Source: Balanoglossus misakiensis (lineage: Eukaryota > Animalia > Hemichordata). From it: DNA of 64,000 bases. Under the pieces are notes generated by a model that saw only the letters and a list, made by a program, of their open reading frames with translations, searched no databases and was not told where the DNA came from. The position numbers were made by a program, and so were the translations under genes. This document shows, one piece after another, positions 27,701 through 39,930 of the stretch (position 1 is the stretch's first letter; the number at the start of each line of letters is the position of its first letter). The stretch spans positions 11,969,129-12,033,128 of the forward strand of contig CM082576.2 of assembly GCA_040954595.2 (NCBI GenBank). Reading direction: 5' to 3'.

Positions 27701-30700
27701 AATTTCCAGAAATAATTCCATTTGATGCATTGAAAGCCAATGACATCAAACAGGAGGAAAGAACCTTTGCGGAAACAGCCAAATATAAATCATAGCGCAA
27801 CATCCACGGCGACAGGCAACGAGGAGGAGGGGCAGGTTCCCATTAAAGTGGCCGTTTGTAACCCGAGTTGTTCATCACGACCAACTGAATTATGATCATT
27901 GTCAATGTTACAGAGTAACTTGGGAGATGAAACACAATTTCCGTGCACAGCTCACAGTAAAGCGACAGCATGAGCCGTTGAAAGGTTAAAGGAAACAAAA
28001 AGACAGCCATGATTTCTGAACAAAAACATGGAACTCTGCCGAGTTAAAGTGAAGCACTTTTAGTTTTTGACTTGTCAGTGTATGCCAATATCTTCAGCAC
28101 CTTCACTTTAATAACTGCAGTTGAGTGATTGAGTTAGTTTCATCACTTTCACCTGTGACTAATTTACTTGTTCCTGATGATAAAAAATATACCGGGTAAC
28201 TTCTGAAGAAAAAACCCACAGCGCAGTTATTGACTCGAGAGACAGAACTTTAGTATTCTAACTCCTGTGGGAGGAGGTAGGGAGTTTGATCTTCACAAAC
28301 AGAAGATGGCATATGTCTAACAAATGCTATAGAGTTAGCATCTAGCCCTATATTCTATAAAGCCTTAAAATTTTTAAATACTTTCAGATGATCGCTGAAA
28401 TAATCAGATTATGATGTGCAAATGAAATCAAAGAGGGTGACGATCTTATTTTGACTGATCTGCCAACATAACTACCAGAGTATGCGACTTTCCATCTGGT
28501 TTTAATTCTTACTACTTCAAAAAAAGGTCAATGACAAAAATAAATAACACAGATTGATTAATGTGCACAACATGATATCAGAACTCTACAGATGAACTCT
28601 TTTGGAGGTGCACCGCATTCAGGACAGCTTAACTTCCAGTATCAATTTACTCAGCAAGCTTGTTACTGGGATTGACAGAAGAGGAAAAAACAGGAGCAGA
28701 ACAAATATTTGCTTGAATTCGTATACTTTTCTCTTCGAGCTGACCACTTTCGATTGTTGGGAGGCAGTCACGTGAATCTGTTGGGATGGAGACGTTTACT
28801 TGAACATAACATCTTGGGAGAGTAGAGAGACTTCTTTAATGTTTCCTCAGCAATTCTTACTTCCAACCCCCCCAAACCCCCGCCTCCATTTAGCTACTAT
28901 ATACTCAGCAACTTCACCCATTTATACTCACTTAATATCAAATCTTTTGTCGTTTTACTTCTATAATATTTCTGATATTCCTTTACACCTGCCATTCTCC
29001 CACTGAAACCTTTCAACTCATTACAAAATCAGCTACAAATCAGCTTGATTTGTTTGTGGCTCTCATTAAAATGCTATATTAACTTTCAAATTGTTGGGCA
29101 GCTTTCTTTCAATGCACACTAAATTCACATGGAAACTATCAAATCATCCCTCCAAAAATTATTATGTCCTCCTCTATCTCTCCTCGCAGTACAATCTGTT
29201 CAAGTGTATCATCGCCATCCCTGACCTTCATTCCCCGCGCCAATAAACTTGTTTCCAAAAACTCAGCAAAACAACTTCAAACAAGCAGCCAACTGAAGTG
29301 GCAGTTGATCGTTCAACTCAAGAACACTTTGCAGCTGATCCCCCTTGTTAATCAACGCTGCTTAAGAGAAGAAGACAAACAGAGAGACAGACGTCTCTGA
29401 CCAGTAGCGTTTACCTTTGTAGGCCAAGTACAGGACAGGGCATGCCTACCCTCTCTGACTTCAGGTATTTGCACATTTTTTATTACTGTCATAAAAACAA
29501 AATGGATGTTTGATTGGAAAATGACGGAGCGGGTCACCCCAGTTCACTTGGTCAGAGGTGAAAGTAAAAATTTAGACTGCGAGTGCCGGAATCATTCAGC
29601 CGATTTTTCTTACTGGACACTTTCACCTCCCCTTCAAAAAGCCATACTTATTAATTTGAAAGCAACACTAACAATTTATGATAAACAAGTTAAACTCCCA
29701 TTTGTTAGTAAAATTGGTCTTTGTATCCAGTCCTCAAAAACATGGTGATTAAATGTTCTTTTCTCGCATGATGTATACTTCCAATAAAAGTGAATAAATC
29801 TTACACAGTGAATAAACAATATTTGGTGTTCATTTCATTCCCATGATATATACTTCCCATATAAAGCCAGTATTCAATGAAGAAAAAGTATCATATTAGA
29901 ATCTGACTGGTCCATATTTTTCCCCTTTTAAATTTTTTTCTGGCTGCCTAGAACATATGATGAAGCAGAACTATTAGGTCTTGCTGGCATATTTTCAAGG
30001 GAAGGAGAATTGAGAAAAGACAAATAGATGTCTACGAACTCTGAGAAGGAAACAGGAACTGAGACGGCGGTAGAAACACGCAATACAACCACATGAACTA
30101 GGAGAAAGGTGAAGGACAGAGTGTCCTTTATATTTATACTCCAGGGTTGATTCTTCGTTTCAAACTTCTGAAGTGAAGTGAAGTACTTTCAATATGCACG
30201 TGAATAACTGAAGCCACGCCCATCTGCAACGAAATAGAACTGCCCGTGGGAATATGAAATTTAATCAAATCTTTCAATTAAGCAATGGCTCTCCTGTGTA
30301 CTTGAGGACAATGTTGGATTTGTGTGCCCATTTATTTATACTAATTCTGTTCTGTTTTTTTCGGGTATTTGTACGAGGAGATGATTAGATGATTGCCTGG
30401 GTTTGCTGGCATGAAAAATAACTATGGAGGAAATTACAGGAATTCTCACGAGTATTACAGTTGTAATTACACCTTGCCTTTTTGTGTGATTTGTCGTGGC
30501 TTCTGTTTTTCACCGATCAAGGTGTGAAAGTTCACTTGTACCTCAGTCAAACGCTGGGAGCCCCCCGACGCGACGACCAGAGATAAAACCGAAACAAACA
30601 GCTTGATGTATGTTGCAAATTTAAAATGTTCCGAAACCCCCATTTACAACCATTATTGTCGAAGTGCCTCGGCAACCGGCATAAAAAACGGTTCTCTGGT

Positions 30701-33700
30701 GGGATTTAAATGTGACATAATGACCGCAGAAGTGAAATGCAGCAAGGGGACGGGGGTGTTTCTCAGGGCGAAAAAACAGGCCATTTAGAAGCCATTGAAG
30801 GCAATCTAGAGCAATGGGGTAATTTGTAGTTGCGGCATACAACCTAGCTATGCAGCTAGCTCTGATATATTCTACGCAAGCAGTAAAGTCTAAGACCCTG
30901 ATGAATGTCTGAGCGCCTAGGGCTAGCGCTATACTGCACCCATACACCGGGTAAATTATACATGGAACAGAGTAATTCCACTATTCCCAGCTTACTGAAC
31001 GTTTCTCATTTCAATGACCAATGATAAAGTTTAGGCATTCAATTTCCACATCAGATGAGGTAAAGGCACATTAGGATATCCCTTTACAATGATGAAAACA
31101 TCTATCAATGAAACATTAGTGGCTCAATATATTATGTTTGCTTTGGATTGTTTTTCTGTTTTTGGATCCTGCGTAGAAGCTTATATATCATAGGCAATTT
31201 GTGATATAAATCGTTTCACACAGGTATTTTAATGATCTTCGCCAATATTTACCTGTATTAGAATCTAATTCAAAACATCTGTATTTTGTAGCATTTCACT
31301 GATTTCAAGAAAAAAATAGAAAATGGAAAAATTCTCAGGAAAAAATCACATGATGATAATAAACAGCCTAAATTACATGTATCAGAATTAGAGCAGCTGA
31401 AATATGATCTCGGACATACAGCTAACACAAATTACCATAATGTACAATTAAATTTACTTCTTCAACAATATATTTTGTGAACCATCAAATGCTGAACTTG
31501 ATCAACGCTTTCTGTCAAATATTTGAACATTGAGCCTTATGCACTAAGACAATGAATTCACGTTTCCGGAAATCAAAACACACGCTTAATGGGCAACAAT
31601 ACAATAATTTCTCACAGCTTGAAGAAATTTCCAGTAATAGACTTGTTCATTCGTGAAATAATAATCAAATCAGTAAACATTAACAAAACACTTGCTTTGA
31701 AATTAATAAAATTATGGTTAAGGTGTATTTTCGTGGGTAAATGGCGACGCACACTCAGCAATAGCAAAGATCTGACTGACCCGAGAGAAGTTAACAATGG
31801 AACAATGGCAGATCCAACGTAAAACTTCTCAAACCCCTTGGAGTTGCAGAAATATCTAATCTAATTATTAATAACGGAAGAGATGAGTGGATGATTTCAT
31901 CAAACTAAAACCCAGGTAACCTTTGCAGATTTACCATTTAACACATCGTCAGTTGCCATAGAAATCTCTGTCTGTCATAGCCTCTTTGTCTGGCAGGCTC
32001 TGAATCCCGTTCATTTTTTAATCGAGACACTGAAAAAATTTCAGTCAACATGCGTGATTTGTATAGAAAATTAAGAATACGCTGGTATATGTTCTAACAA
32101 AATAACAAAAGTTTACTTATTTTGCCATATTTTCTGCGTGCATGTTTTTTCTGCTGCGTGTCTCACATGTTGAGGTGCAGTTTTCACTTTTTATAATCAC
32201 ACACGTGTCGGGGCAACTGCCTAAAGTGAACAGCAAACACTCGAGGCGTACGTGAAACAAATTTATTGCCACCAATACCTTTCGATGTGACGTATCGTTT
32301 ACATTATAGTGAAACGCAGAATAACTACTTCTACCGTGAAATATTGCAGGTGAAATTGTTTAACGCTGATGAGATTACAAGTGTGTAAAATTTCTTGACC
32401 GTACTACAGTGCACACAAAGCAAACCACTTCACGGGGTTGAAATTTATACTCAGCACTTTCATTGTGCCAAATGTACACAAGCCCCTGTTTTACTGGGGG
32501 GGGGGGGGCACTGATGTGGGGATGGGATACATTTCACAGCAATGACTGCTACATAAAATCAGTGTACAATACTCATTCTCCTAACATTTTTTTCTCTTCA
32601 ATTTATGCAAATGATGTCACAAGGGACCCAAGCTTATTCTTTAATTTTGTACAATTTACGTTTGACGTCTTCAAATTTTGCCTACTGTACGGTGGCCCGA
32701 GGCGTCAATATCCATCCATCTTACACTTCTGGTATGAATTCTGAGTGCATGCAATTTGCGGCAGTCTAAAATAACCATATCACAGGGAAACCTTGGCCAT
32801 TGTTACCCCAGGCACTATTTGTTCAGTGGAATGAATTGGCAGATAACTGTCAGAAGATGTGTATTCCTGTTTGCACAGAGAAATGACAATGTTTTGTTTT
32901 GATGACCCTATATCGCGGCAAAGAATTAAAATTGCGCTTTTCGTTAATCTTTTGGAAAGTAGCCAGGTCACAGTACTTTTTCTCAAGAACATATTTTTTT
33001 CTCAGCAAAACTGACCAGATATGCTTCTATCTCGTGTCTCAAATTTTGAAAGACACCAATCTCTTAAGTCATAATCCATTAATTAATCTATACTTCCTCG
33101 TCGTTGCAGCCTACCTAGTTGGACACTTTTTAACGGAAAAATGCTACATGTATTATAATTTATCTGTTTAACAAAAAGCTGTCAAGTGCATTTCAGTTAT
33201 TACAGGATATTGCTGGTTTTCCATTTTTTTTTACCATTTCCCCCCAAGAATGAATTGAAAACTACTGCTGTCTATACAACGTTGAAAAGTAGTCACCTTT
33301 GAAGGTCATAACCTACAATGTACTTAGTTCTATAAAAGCAAATATTAATTTTTCTCAGAAACTGTCACGTGAGCTTACTGCACTATACACTAAATGACAT
33401 ATCTCCCTGATAAAAATAATGAACATGCAAGATAGTTTTAAGAAATCTGATTGGCATCAATAATAATTAAAATTAATAACAGTTATGAAAAATACAGTAT
33501 AGCACTGGCTTAGTACACAGTTGGAAAGGAATTTAAAAATATTGTTTTGGTGGAATTCGCCAAGTGAGATGGTATTGGATTTATGGTAGCCTGTACTTAC
33601 GTTCACCTTCTCCCAGTTACAGTTGGCCGTGCACTGGGCATCACACAGAGCCTGGACGGCAGAGCTGTCCAGGGGAACGCCGTCTTCCCTCTCCCCCTGG

Positions 33701-33798
33701 TCTCCATCAGTGACAGCAACGACAGCCACACACTCACAGCAGATGATAGCACACACTAGGAGATAAGAGGAAGTTCTAGTAGTAGTAGTAGTAGCCAT
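6121..33798 (-). CDS. Receptor tyrosine kinase: signal peptide, Cys box, 3 FN3-like domains, TM, Torso/RET/FGFR-like kinase; ~1010 aa, 19 coding exons
   Basis: Hand-built exons (minus strand, all GT-AG, phases consistent, total 3033 nt): 33601-33798, 20698-20746, 19089-19285, 18333-18450, 17745-17831, 17290-17387, 16774-16839, 16534-16573, 16115-16156, 15163-15377, 14560-14616, 14229-14301, 13256-13622, 12503-12705, 11939-12123, 11498-11590, 9211-9425, 8416-8553, 6121-6712. Motifs: [53 protein letters not shown]...P.ERPTF. The small ectodomain exons are less certain than the kinase exons, and extra exons may be missed. Confidence 0.9.
8155..8212. repeat. Imperfect (CA)n microsatellite
   Basis: Visible in the last RTK intron. 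Confidence 0.75.
8416..12705 (-). CDS. RTK tyrosine kinase domain exons (12503-12705, 11939-12123, 11498-11590, 9211-9425, 8416-8553)
   Basis: All canonical TK subdomain motifs are present and spliced in frame. The catalytic K, HRD and DFG residues are intact. Confidence 0.95.
11229..11321. mobile_element. ~90-bp MITE with TTAA-CCCTTTCAC termini (piggyBac-like), copy 1
   Basis: TTAACCCTTTCAC...GTGAAAGGGTGAA. The internal CCATAGAAAACAATGGGTTTGGAC is shared with four other loci. Confidence 0.75.
13036..13118. mobile_element. Same MITE family, copy 2 (one end degraded)
   Basis: GAGGTCCAACTTTACCATAGAAAA...GGACCAAACCATGGTGGTGAAAGGGTTAA. Confidence 0.7.
13256..13622 (-). CDS. RTK Ser/Thr-rich stalk and transmembrane exon
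   Basis: An S/T-rich stretch, then hydrophobic [28 protein letters not shown], then basic RYQR. The phases fit both neighbouring exons. Confidence 0.88.
13832..13886. mobile_element. Same MITE family, copy 3 (truncated, opposite orientation)
   Basis: TAACCCTTTCACTAACATGGGTCAGTCCAAACCCATTGTTTTCTATGGT. Confidence 0.65.
14229..19285 (-). CDS. RTK ectodomain exon cluster (three FN3-like repeats)
   Basis: FN3-1: SVSLSWEP...PVYYVL...W...[19 protein letters not shown]3-2: [15 protein letters not shown]...[13 protein letters not shown]3-3: [15 protein letters not shown]...[16 protein letters not shown]. All show FN3 strand patterns. Confidence 0.75.
17952..18043. mobile_element. Same MITE family, copy 4 (full length, TTAA on both sides)
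   Basis: TTAACCCTTTCACC...GGTGAAAGTGTTAA. Confidence 0.78.
23244..23427. mobile_element. TA-flanked MITE with 24-bp terminal inverted repeats (Tc1/mariner-like non-autonomous element)
   Basis: Left end TACTGTAAAACAGATTATTTTCGC versus reverse complement of the right end TACTGTAAAACGAGTTATTTTCGC. Confidence 0.75.
33601..33798 (-). CDS. RTK coding exon 1: signal peptide and start of Cys box
   Basis: [32 protein letters not shown]...[20 protein letters not shown] followed by a GTAAGT donor. It is phase 0 and matches the exon at 20698-20746 ([12 protein letters not shown]). A ~12.9 kb intron follows. Confidence 0.75.
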
Positions 33799-34077
33799 GG
33801 CAAAAGCAAAACGCCCGACAGTCACTGTCTGTACAGCATATTGCCTATATTCGAAAACTGATGTCTCAGCAGTGAGGATGGGGGAGAGTGATTATATGGC
33901 ACATTCGCACCGCTCTCTCTCACGCCGGAATAATGGGAGAGGCATTTTTCTGAATCCACCGCCGTGTCATGTCACAATCACCCCATATGTGCATGATTCT
34001 TTGAATACTGATGGTCAGGTACTTATAACAACGGGCGTGCAATCAATGCTCTAGTGGTGGAGCAAATGATAGTGTTT

Positions 34078-34275
34078 ACTCACCTGAATGGACTTACTAC
34101 TCGTGCTATATAAACCATGCTTCATAAATATTTGCAGCGTGTGGGCGGAGTCCCGGCCGTCGGTGATTGGATTAAAGTTAATTGGATTGACAGCCGTCTG
34201 CTGACACTCTTGACGTCATATCCTGGTTCAAGGTTCACGCACAGCGAGGAACTGGTGCAAGTTTTTATATAGAGC
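34078..34275 (-). promoter_or_regulatory. Candidate proximal promoter / non-coding exon of the RTK
   Basis: GC box GGGCGG (~34143), two CCAAT on the minus strand (~34166, ~34182), CRE TGACGTCA (34211) and TATA-like motifs (~34108, ~34265). Minus-strand donors GTGAGT (34083) and GTAAGT (~34097) lie ~300 bp upstream of the ATG. Confidence 0.5.
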
Positions 34276-35073
34276 CACGTTTTACGGTGCACTGATGAGG
34301 CTGCAGGAAAATTCTGCAAGACGTGGCCACTTGACTTTTCTCCTCACCTATTAGTATTTAAATGATAAAGAAACCTGAATGAGTAATGAGCACTGTTTTG
34401 TTTGTTAACCTAAATAAATGCCCCATTATCACCATTTTCCAAGAATTCATGATATGAGAGAACAAGTTAAAGATAAACAAAATTCACAATCAAGATTTGA
34501 ATTATCTGCCATTGTTTTCATAATTTGATTTTGTTGATAAACTACTCTTAACATTTCAGTTACATGTATAAATTGGAAGGATAAAGAATAAAATCTCTAA
34601 CTTAAAGCACCTAGCCACAATTGTTTTGTTTTATTAAAAAACACAGCATTTGTCCAATGAATACTTCTGAGCAGTGCAAGCAAAACCCCAATTTCTGCAC
34701 AAAAATACTAAAATCTGCCAATACATTGAAAAACACTTTTTGCATTATAATATACGGGTACTGAAAAACAAAATGGGGTCGCATGTACATTTTCATTTAA
34801 ATGTGGGTCTCAGTCATAATCTTGTGAACTTTTGAACGGAACAATAAACATGGGAAAATTCCCAAAAAGCAATAAAAATGGGTATGAACTTTTCACCCAA
34901 CCAAAAAAGTGCATAGAAAAAGGGCTCATGTTCACACTGATTAACAACCATTATATGGTACGGTAGTGATTATTCGTGACGAAGTGTTTTAAATAAAGAT
35001 AAAACTATCAAGGGCCAAAGTCCCGATCTTCTGACATTGTTTTGATTTTTTTTATAGTCTCGTGTAAGAGCTC

Positions 35074-35283
35074 CCCATTCATTCCTTTCATCAGACCACC
35101 GTCCTTAAGTTTGTTCGTAGGCGTGACTGACATATATTTCAGAAAGGACAAAACAGGATTATCAAGTTTTAAAAAAGGGCCCCATTCATTCCATTCATCA
35201 GACCACCATCCTAAAGTTTGTTCGTAGGCGTGACTGACATTTCAGAAAGGACAAAACACGATTATTAAGTTTTTAAAAAAAGG
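35074..35283. repeat. Tandem duplication, two ~107-bp units
   Basis: CCCATTCATTCC.TTCATCAGACCACC...GTTTGTTCGTAGGCGTGACTGACAT...TTCAGAAAGGACAAAAC occurs at 35074 and 35181. Confidence 0.92.
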
Positions 35284-38200
35284 ACGTCCACCTCTGGTGG
35301 TAACAGCTATACAGGTTGAACATGAAATGGTGAATTCCGCAGACACCTCACATGCCCTAGTTGTGACATTTAAGAAAAATATAAATATCTGGCTGAGTCA
35401 GAAACTCCCAATGATAAATCGTGGCTACATACCAGTACTAGAATGACAGCGGCAAATCATTTGTCACACAGAAACAGACAGTCAGATGACTTATGTCCCG
35501 ATGGCACACTTTACAAAGACTCACGGATGAAACTTATCTGTACGTAAGCATTTATCATAATTCATATATTTGTATGTGTATGTGTAATAACACTTATAAA
35601 CTGACCCAGGTGCTTTGGACGTAACTGGGACTGTAGGGGTTATCAGGGTAGTTGGTCAAACATGCATGTACCATAAAAATTGTAATTCGTAAAACTGTGT
35701 CACCTTTGCCTCAATTTATATGGATATTCCCACCAAGTTTCCTTTCTGAAGTCCTATTACGGTTATTAAACTACCCTTAAATTTTTTCAGGCTGCTAGCA
35801 AGGACATGTATTTGGAAAACTGTGACTGTATCATACACTGTCCTCATACTGAGTTTTAGATTTACTCCAAATCTATCAGAGTACCCCCTAAGGCTCGTGT
35901 TCCGGCATTTATGGCTCTAGGCATGAAAAAATTAAAAGGAAATGGCTGACTGGCTACCATAGTGGATCAAATTATGAAATAAATTTACTGACATACAGAT
36001 GTATGTCACAGTACACTGTCACAATTGAAACAGGTACTGGTAAGACAAGTCGATGCACACCAGACTAATGACAATCTGTACTAGCTCATATGTGTGGGAT
36101 CTCATCTACAAGTATGGAAAGTTTATGATTTCAAAGTTGAAACTGTCAACTCGTCACACAGCTTAATTCTTTATCTTTAAAATAAAGTAGATCTTTAAAT
36201 GGAAAATCTCATCTGTTGGATCTACATCATCATGTTATACAAGATATAGTGGTACCTACTGATTTACATGTTTTGTACTATACGATAAAGCATTTTGAAA
36301 AGTGACTTTTGAAAGAATTTTACAACATGAAAAGATATCTGGTCATTGCCCTCTTTAAAGACACTCTTCTTACAAGTAACACACAATTAGATTACTATCC
36401 CAGAATTACCTTAATATTGTGATCAATTATTCTAGGATGTTTATTTGAGCATTACTCTTACTCATTCAGATCATATTAATAACCGGGCCCTGATTTACAG
36501 CTTCCGTGGGTTCCCTGGTGTTCAACATTCAAACAAATGACACATATGATATAACCAGTTGATTATGCGGTACACTGATCTCCAACAGAGACACTTGATT
36601 TGTTGTGTCTGCATCTCTATTAATATTGAATATAATTACAACATCCTGCATTATAAATCCTGACTTTTTTTTCACTTTGGTTAAATAATCGAGAACACTT
36701 TACATGTATTCACCTGTCCTCTTTTTTTCAGAGGGAGTGTAACAAACTGTAATGAACTTCAGCCTATCTTCTTCTCTTTATCTGGTGAGCGTTCAACTTT
36801 TACACAGTACACGATCACATCATCAGAAGGACCCGGTGTATCCCCTTAACGCTGCGTAAAAGTCACACATGACATCTTTAATTACCAGAGACAACTCCCC
36901 GGGCGACCGCAGGTAATTTGATGATGGGCTTTTTGACCGTTCCTCCATTCCCAGTTGGCAACTCGGTCGATTAATGTGGCCATCTCAGTTGGCTCCCTCT
37001 ACTCATCTGTACTCTTCACACCTGTAGCAGGTTCATCTTTGCTATCTTACCCCGCTAATCTGCAATCAAAATGTATCAGATATAAAGCAATATATTTTCC
37101 TGACACTGCAGGGGTCAGTAAACTGGGTCCTTGTCCTCATGGCTGTAAGTCTAAACATCCCAGTTTATTGTCCAAGCACCAGCTAAACATCATTTTTCTC
37201 AAAACTGCCCAGAACCTCCATGCATCATACAGTCTTGTTTCCTGATAATACTCTATGACACATTTACAAAATACACTGCATGGTCAAAGCCATGAGCCCT
37301 TATATGATATCTGGAAGATTTTTCTCAATAATGACATTTTATATTCAGTTACAACTTAAAACATTCCTGCACTAGTTTTTAAGAGAGCTGTAATGTTGAA
37401 GTGTCATGGACTCCACTTAATTAAATGCTTTGAAATGAAACTCTCAACAAGCATACTTCATTGAAACTGCATGTGCATACAGAATTGACAACTGTACTAT
37501 CTATACAAACGTCACGGCCTGTGCATTGAAGATACCCACATGAAACAAAACAAATCAGCCAGAGACGGCAAGATTTGCTCCACATTTTTGCTTGAATGCT
37601 GAGTAGCTGATCTGAATTCTAGGTCGAGCCTAAATACCAACGCATTACACGAGAAACTTGTGATATTAACCCATGAAACTGTTGAAAAGCACACATCGCG
37701 TGACTAAACCCTCACCTTTTCACAAGAGCAGTGTGTCTGCCTGCGCACCCAGTGTTTACAAAGGTTATCTGTTAACATTCCCATGTCACCATTACAAATT
37801 AGCAAAAGACTGTTCTGTGTGTATACAGCCATTTCGAAAGTTTTCAACAGCGGACAGCACACAAAATTATCATAAGGATGAGCGGTTAAAAAACAAAAAA
37901 GAACATGACTGAAAAGCAAGGGATGTCAAAAAATAAAAAATCATGGACCAAAATGTATCACAAGCACTGAAAACAATCCTGGAGCACTACACAGCTCGAC
38001 ACTCCACCCATGTATCAATAACATCACTGACAATCAATCATGCACAGAAATGACAAAAAAGAACACACAACAGCGTCTGGACAATCAATTATCGGTAAAC
38101 TAACATGATGGCTATCTTCACATTCTGCTCATCTACTTGACTATCAATATAAACAAATGTTATAGTGTCAAACTGTACTCCGATCAGTTCACATGGCATC

Positions 38201-39424
38201 GGACCACAGTCACCTCATCCCATCTGGCCACCTGCAATACTGATGACTGGTTTATTCTGAACAACTTAACACGGTTTACTTGAAGAAGTAGTACCTTGAT
38301 ATTACTGGTACCTGATCTGTACTTTTCAATTTAATACTTTCTGGGAGCAACATGCAGAGCCCTGATATAAGAGAGAAAAAACATGTCCATTTTGGTGGAC
38401 ATTTATTGCATCTAATTAATGACCTTAATTTAAGATGCTATAAAGTGATAACCATCGTACCTGGCCTTGCTATACACAATGCTGTCACGGTGTGAACGTG
38501 AACTGTGATGTGTTTTTGTAGAACGCCGATTCAAAACATGCTTAAATTCAATGATAAAGCAACAACCATAAACCCACCAGCAACACTTTAATGAAACAGG
38601 CTGCATCACTAATATTATAACCACACGTAAGTTTGAATCTATGCTGTCCCATTTATAATTATTCAGTTTAAATGAAAATATATAAGGAAAATACTACACC
38701 ATTTCTGGATAATCTTGCATTTTTGAAATCCATACATGTAAAGATTACTATGTACCTGTAATAATATTAGTTCTTCAGTTCACCCAGTGGTTCTGAGCAA
38801 AACACTAAAGTACAAATTAGGGAACAATTGAATTTGCGTCGAACTATATGCTAAGCTAGATTTTGAAAATTTGGCGCAACCAAATGACTTCACATGTTCT
38901 TCTCGATATGCAATCTTGTGAATTCATTTCTTGGATGTGCATTGAACTTTCGAAGTTAAATACTAAATTATAACTTATATGTCTCTGTTCTCTCCTGTTA
39001 GCATTATTTCATTTAGCTTGTGACCTACTTTCTATGACAATCAAAGTTCTTCTCTAACATTATGAAGGCCACTGTAGCCCCATCAAAGGGTTTTACAGCA
39101 ATTTACTTTGTTTTTAATAAACAAGAGAAAAAATATTTGCTTTAGCCTGGCTGTGCTATTTTTTACACATGGCCAAAAATGATGTCACTCACATGTTGGA
39201 GATATTACATTCCCCCTTTGCCAGAGACTGAGTGGACCCCCCCCCCCTGAATGGAACACTGGACCCTCGGGGAGAGCGAGTCTTACTCTAGCATCACACC
39301 ACAGTCCCTTTATGTATACAGAGAGCCTGTGGTCACACATTTCACATACGAGTCCCTTGTCAACACACGTGCACGTACGTGCTGGTCTAGCCGCGCTGTG
39401 CAAGATGACGGGAGAGAAACTTAC

Positions 39425-39930
39425 CTCACAAACGCGCCATCTTGGGCTAAAATGATTTATAAAGGTAATTTGGCGATCAGTAAAATGTTTCGCTGATGAT
39501 TGTTGGCTACTTCGTAAACTTTGTCTTCATCAGGATCAAGGATCGTCTGCATTTCCGCCATTTTTGTCCTAATAAATGAAACATCGCCACCAAGCGTCAA
39601 GAAATTACATGCTCCTTTGCTCTTTTAGTTTTCGGTGTGTGACAGACAGGTGTGGAAAAAGTCCAACTGTTGAAAATATAAAACAGTATTTTGAATGTCT
39701 AAGGTAATAGACCCCGCACTTTCTTGTGGAGCTGTTTCTTTTTAATTTTGTCTACAGAAAGAGTTTCTGCATCTCAGCTAAAAATAGAAAATGCAGCGCG
39801 AACAGTTCGTATAGCATGCACTGCGACCTACTGTTTGGCTAATTCATTTAGACACCGACAATTCTGATTGGTCAATTACTTTCACACACCTAAAGCAATT
39901 ATATCACATCACTTGTGATTGGTCAATTAC
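39425..39930 (-). promoter_or_regulatory. Candidate distal promoter and first exon (minus strand)
   Basis: Duplicated TGATTGGTCAATTAC CCAAT boxes (~39865, ~39917) and two YY1-like AANATGGCG motifs (~39560, ~39440). Strong donor GAG|GTAAGT at 39425/39424. Confidence 0.5.

Noticed and set aside
27663-27989. Possible TTAA-CCCT...AAGG-TTAA element
   Set aside because: The inverted repeats match only weakly beyond the terminal bases.
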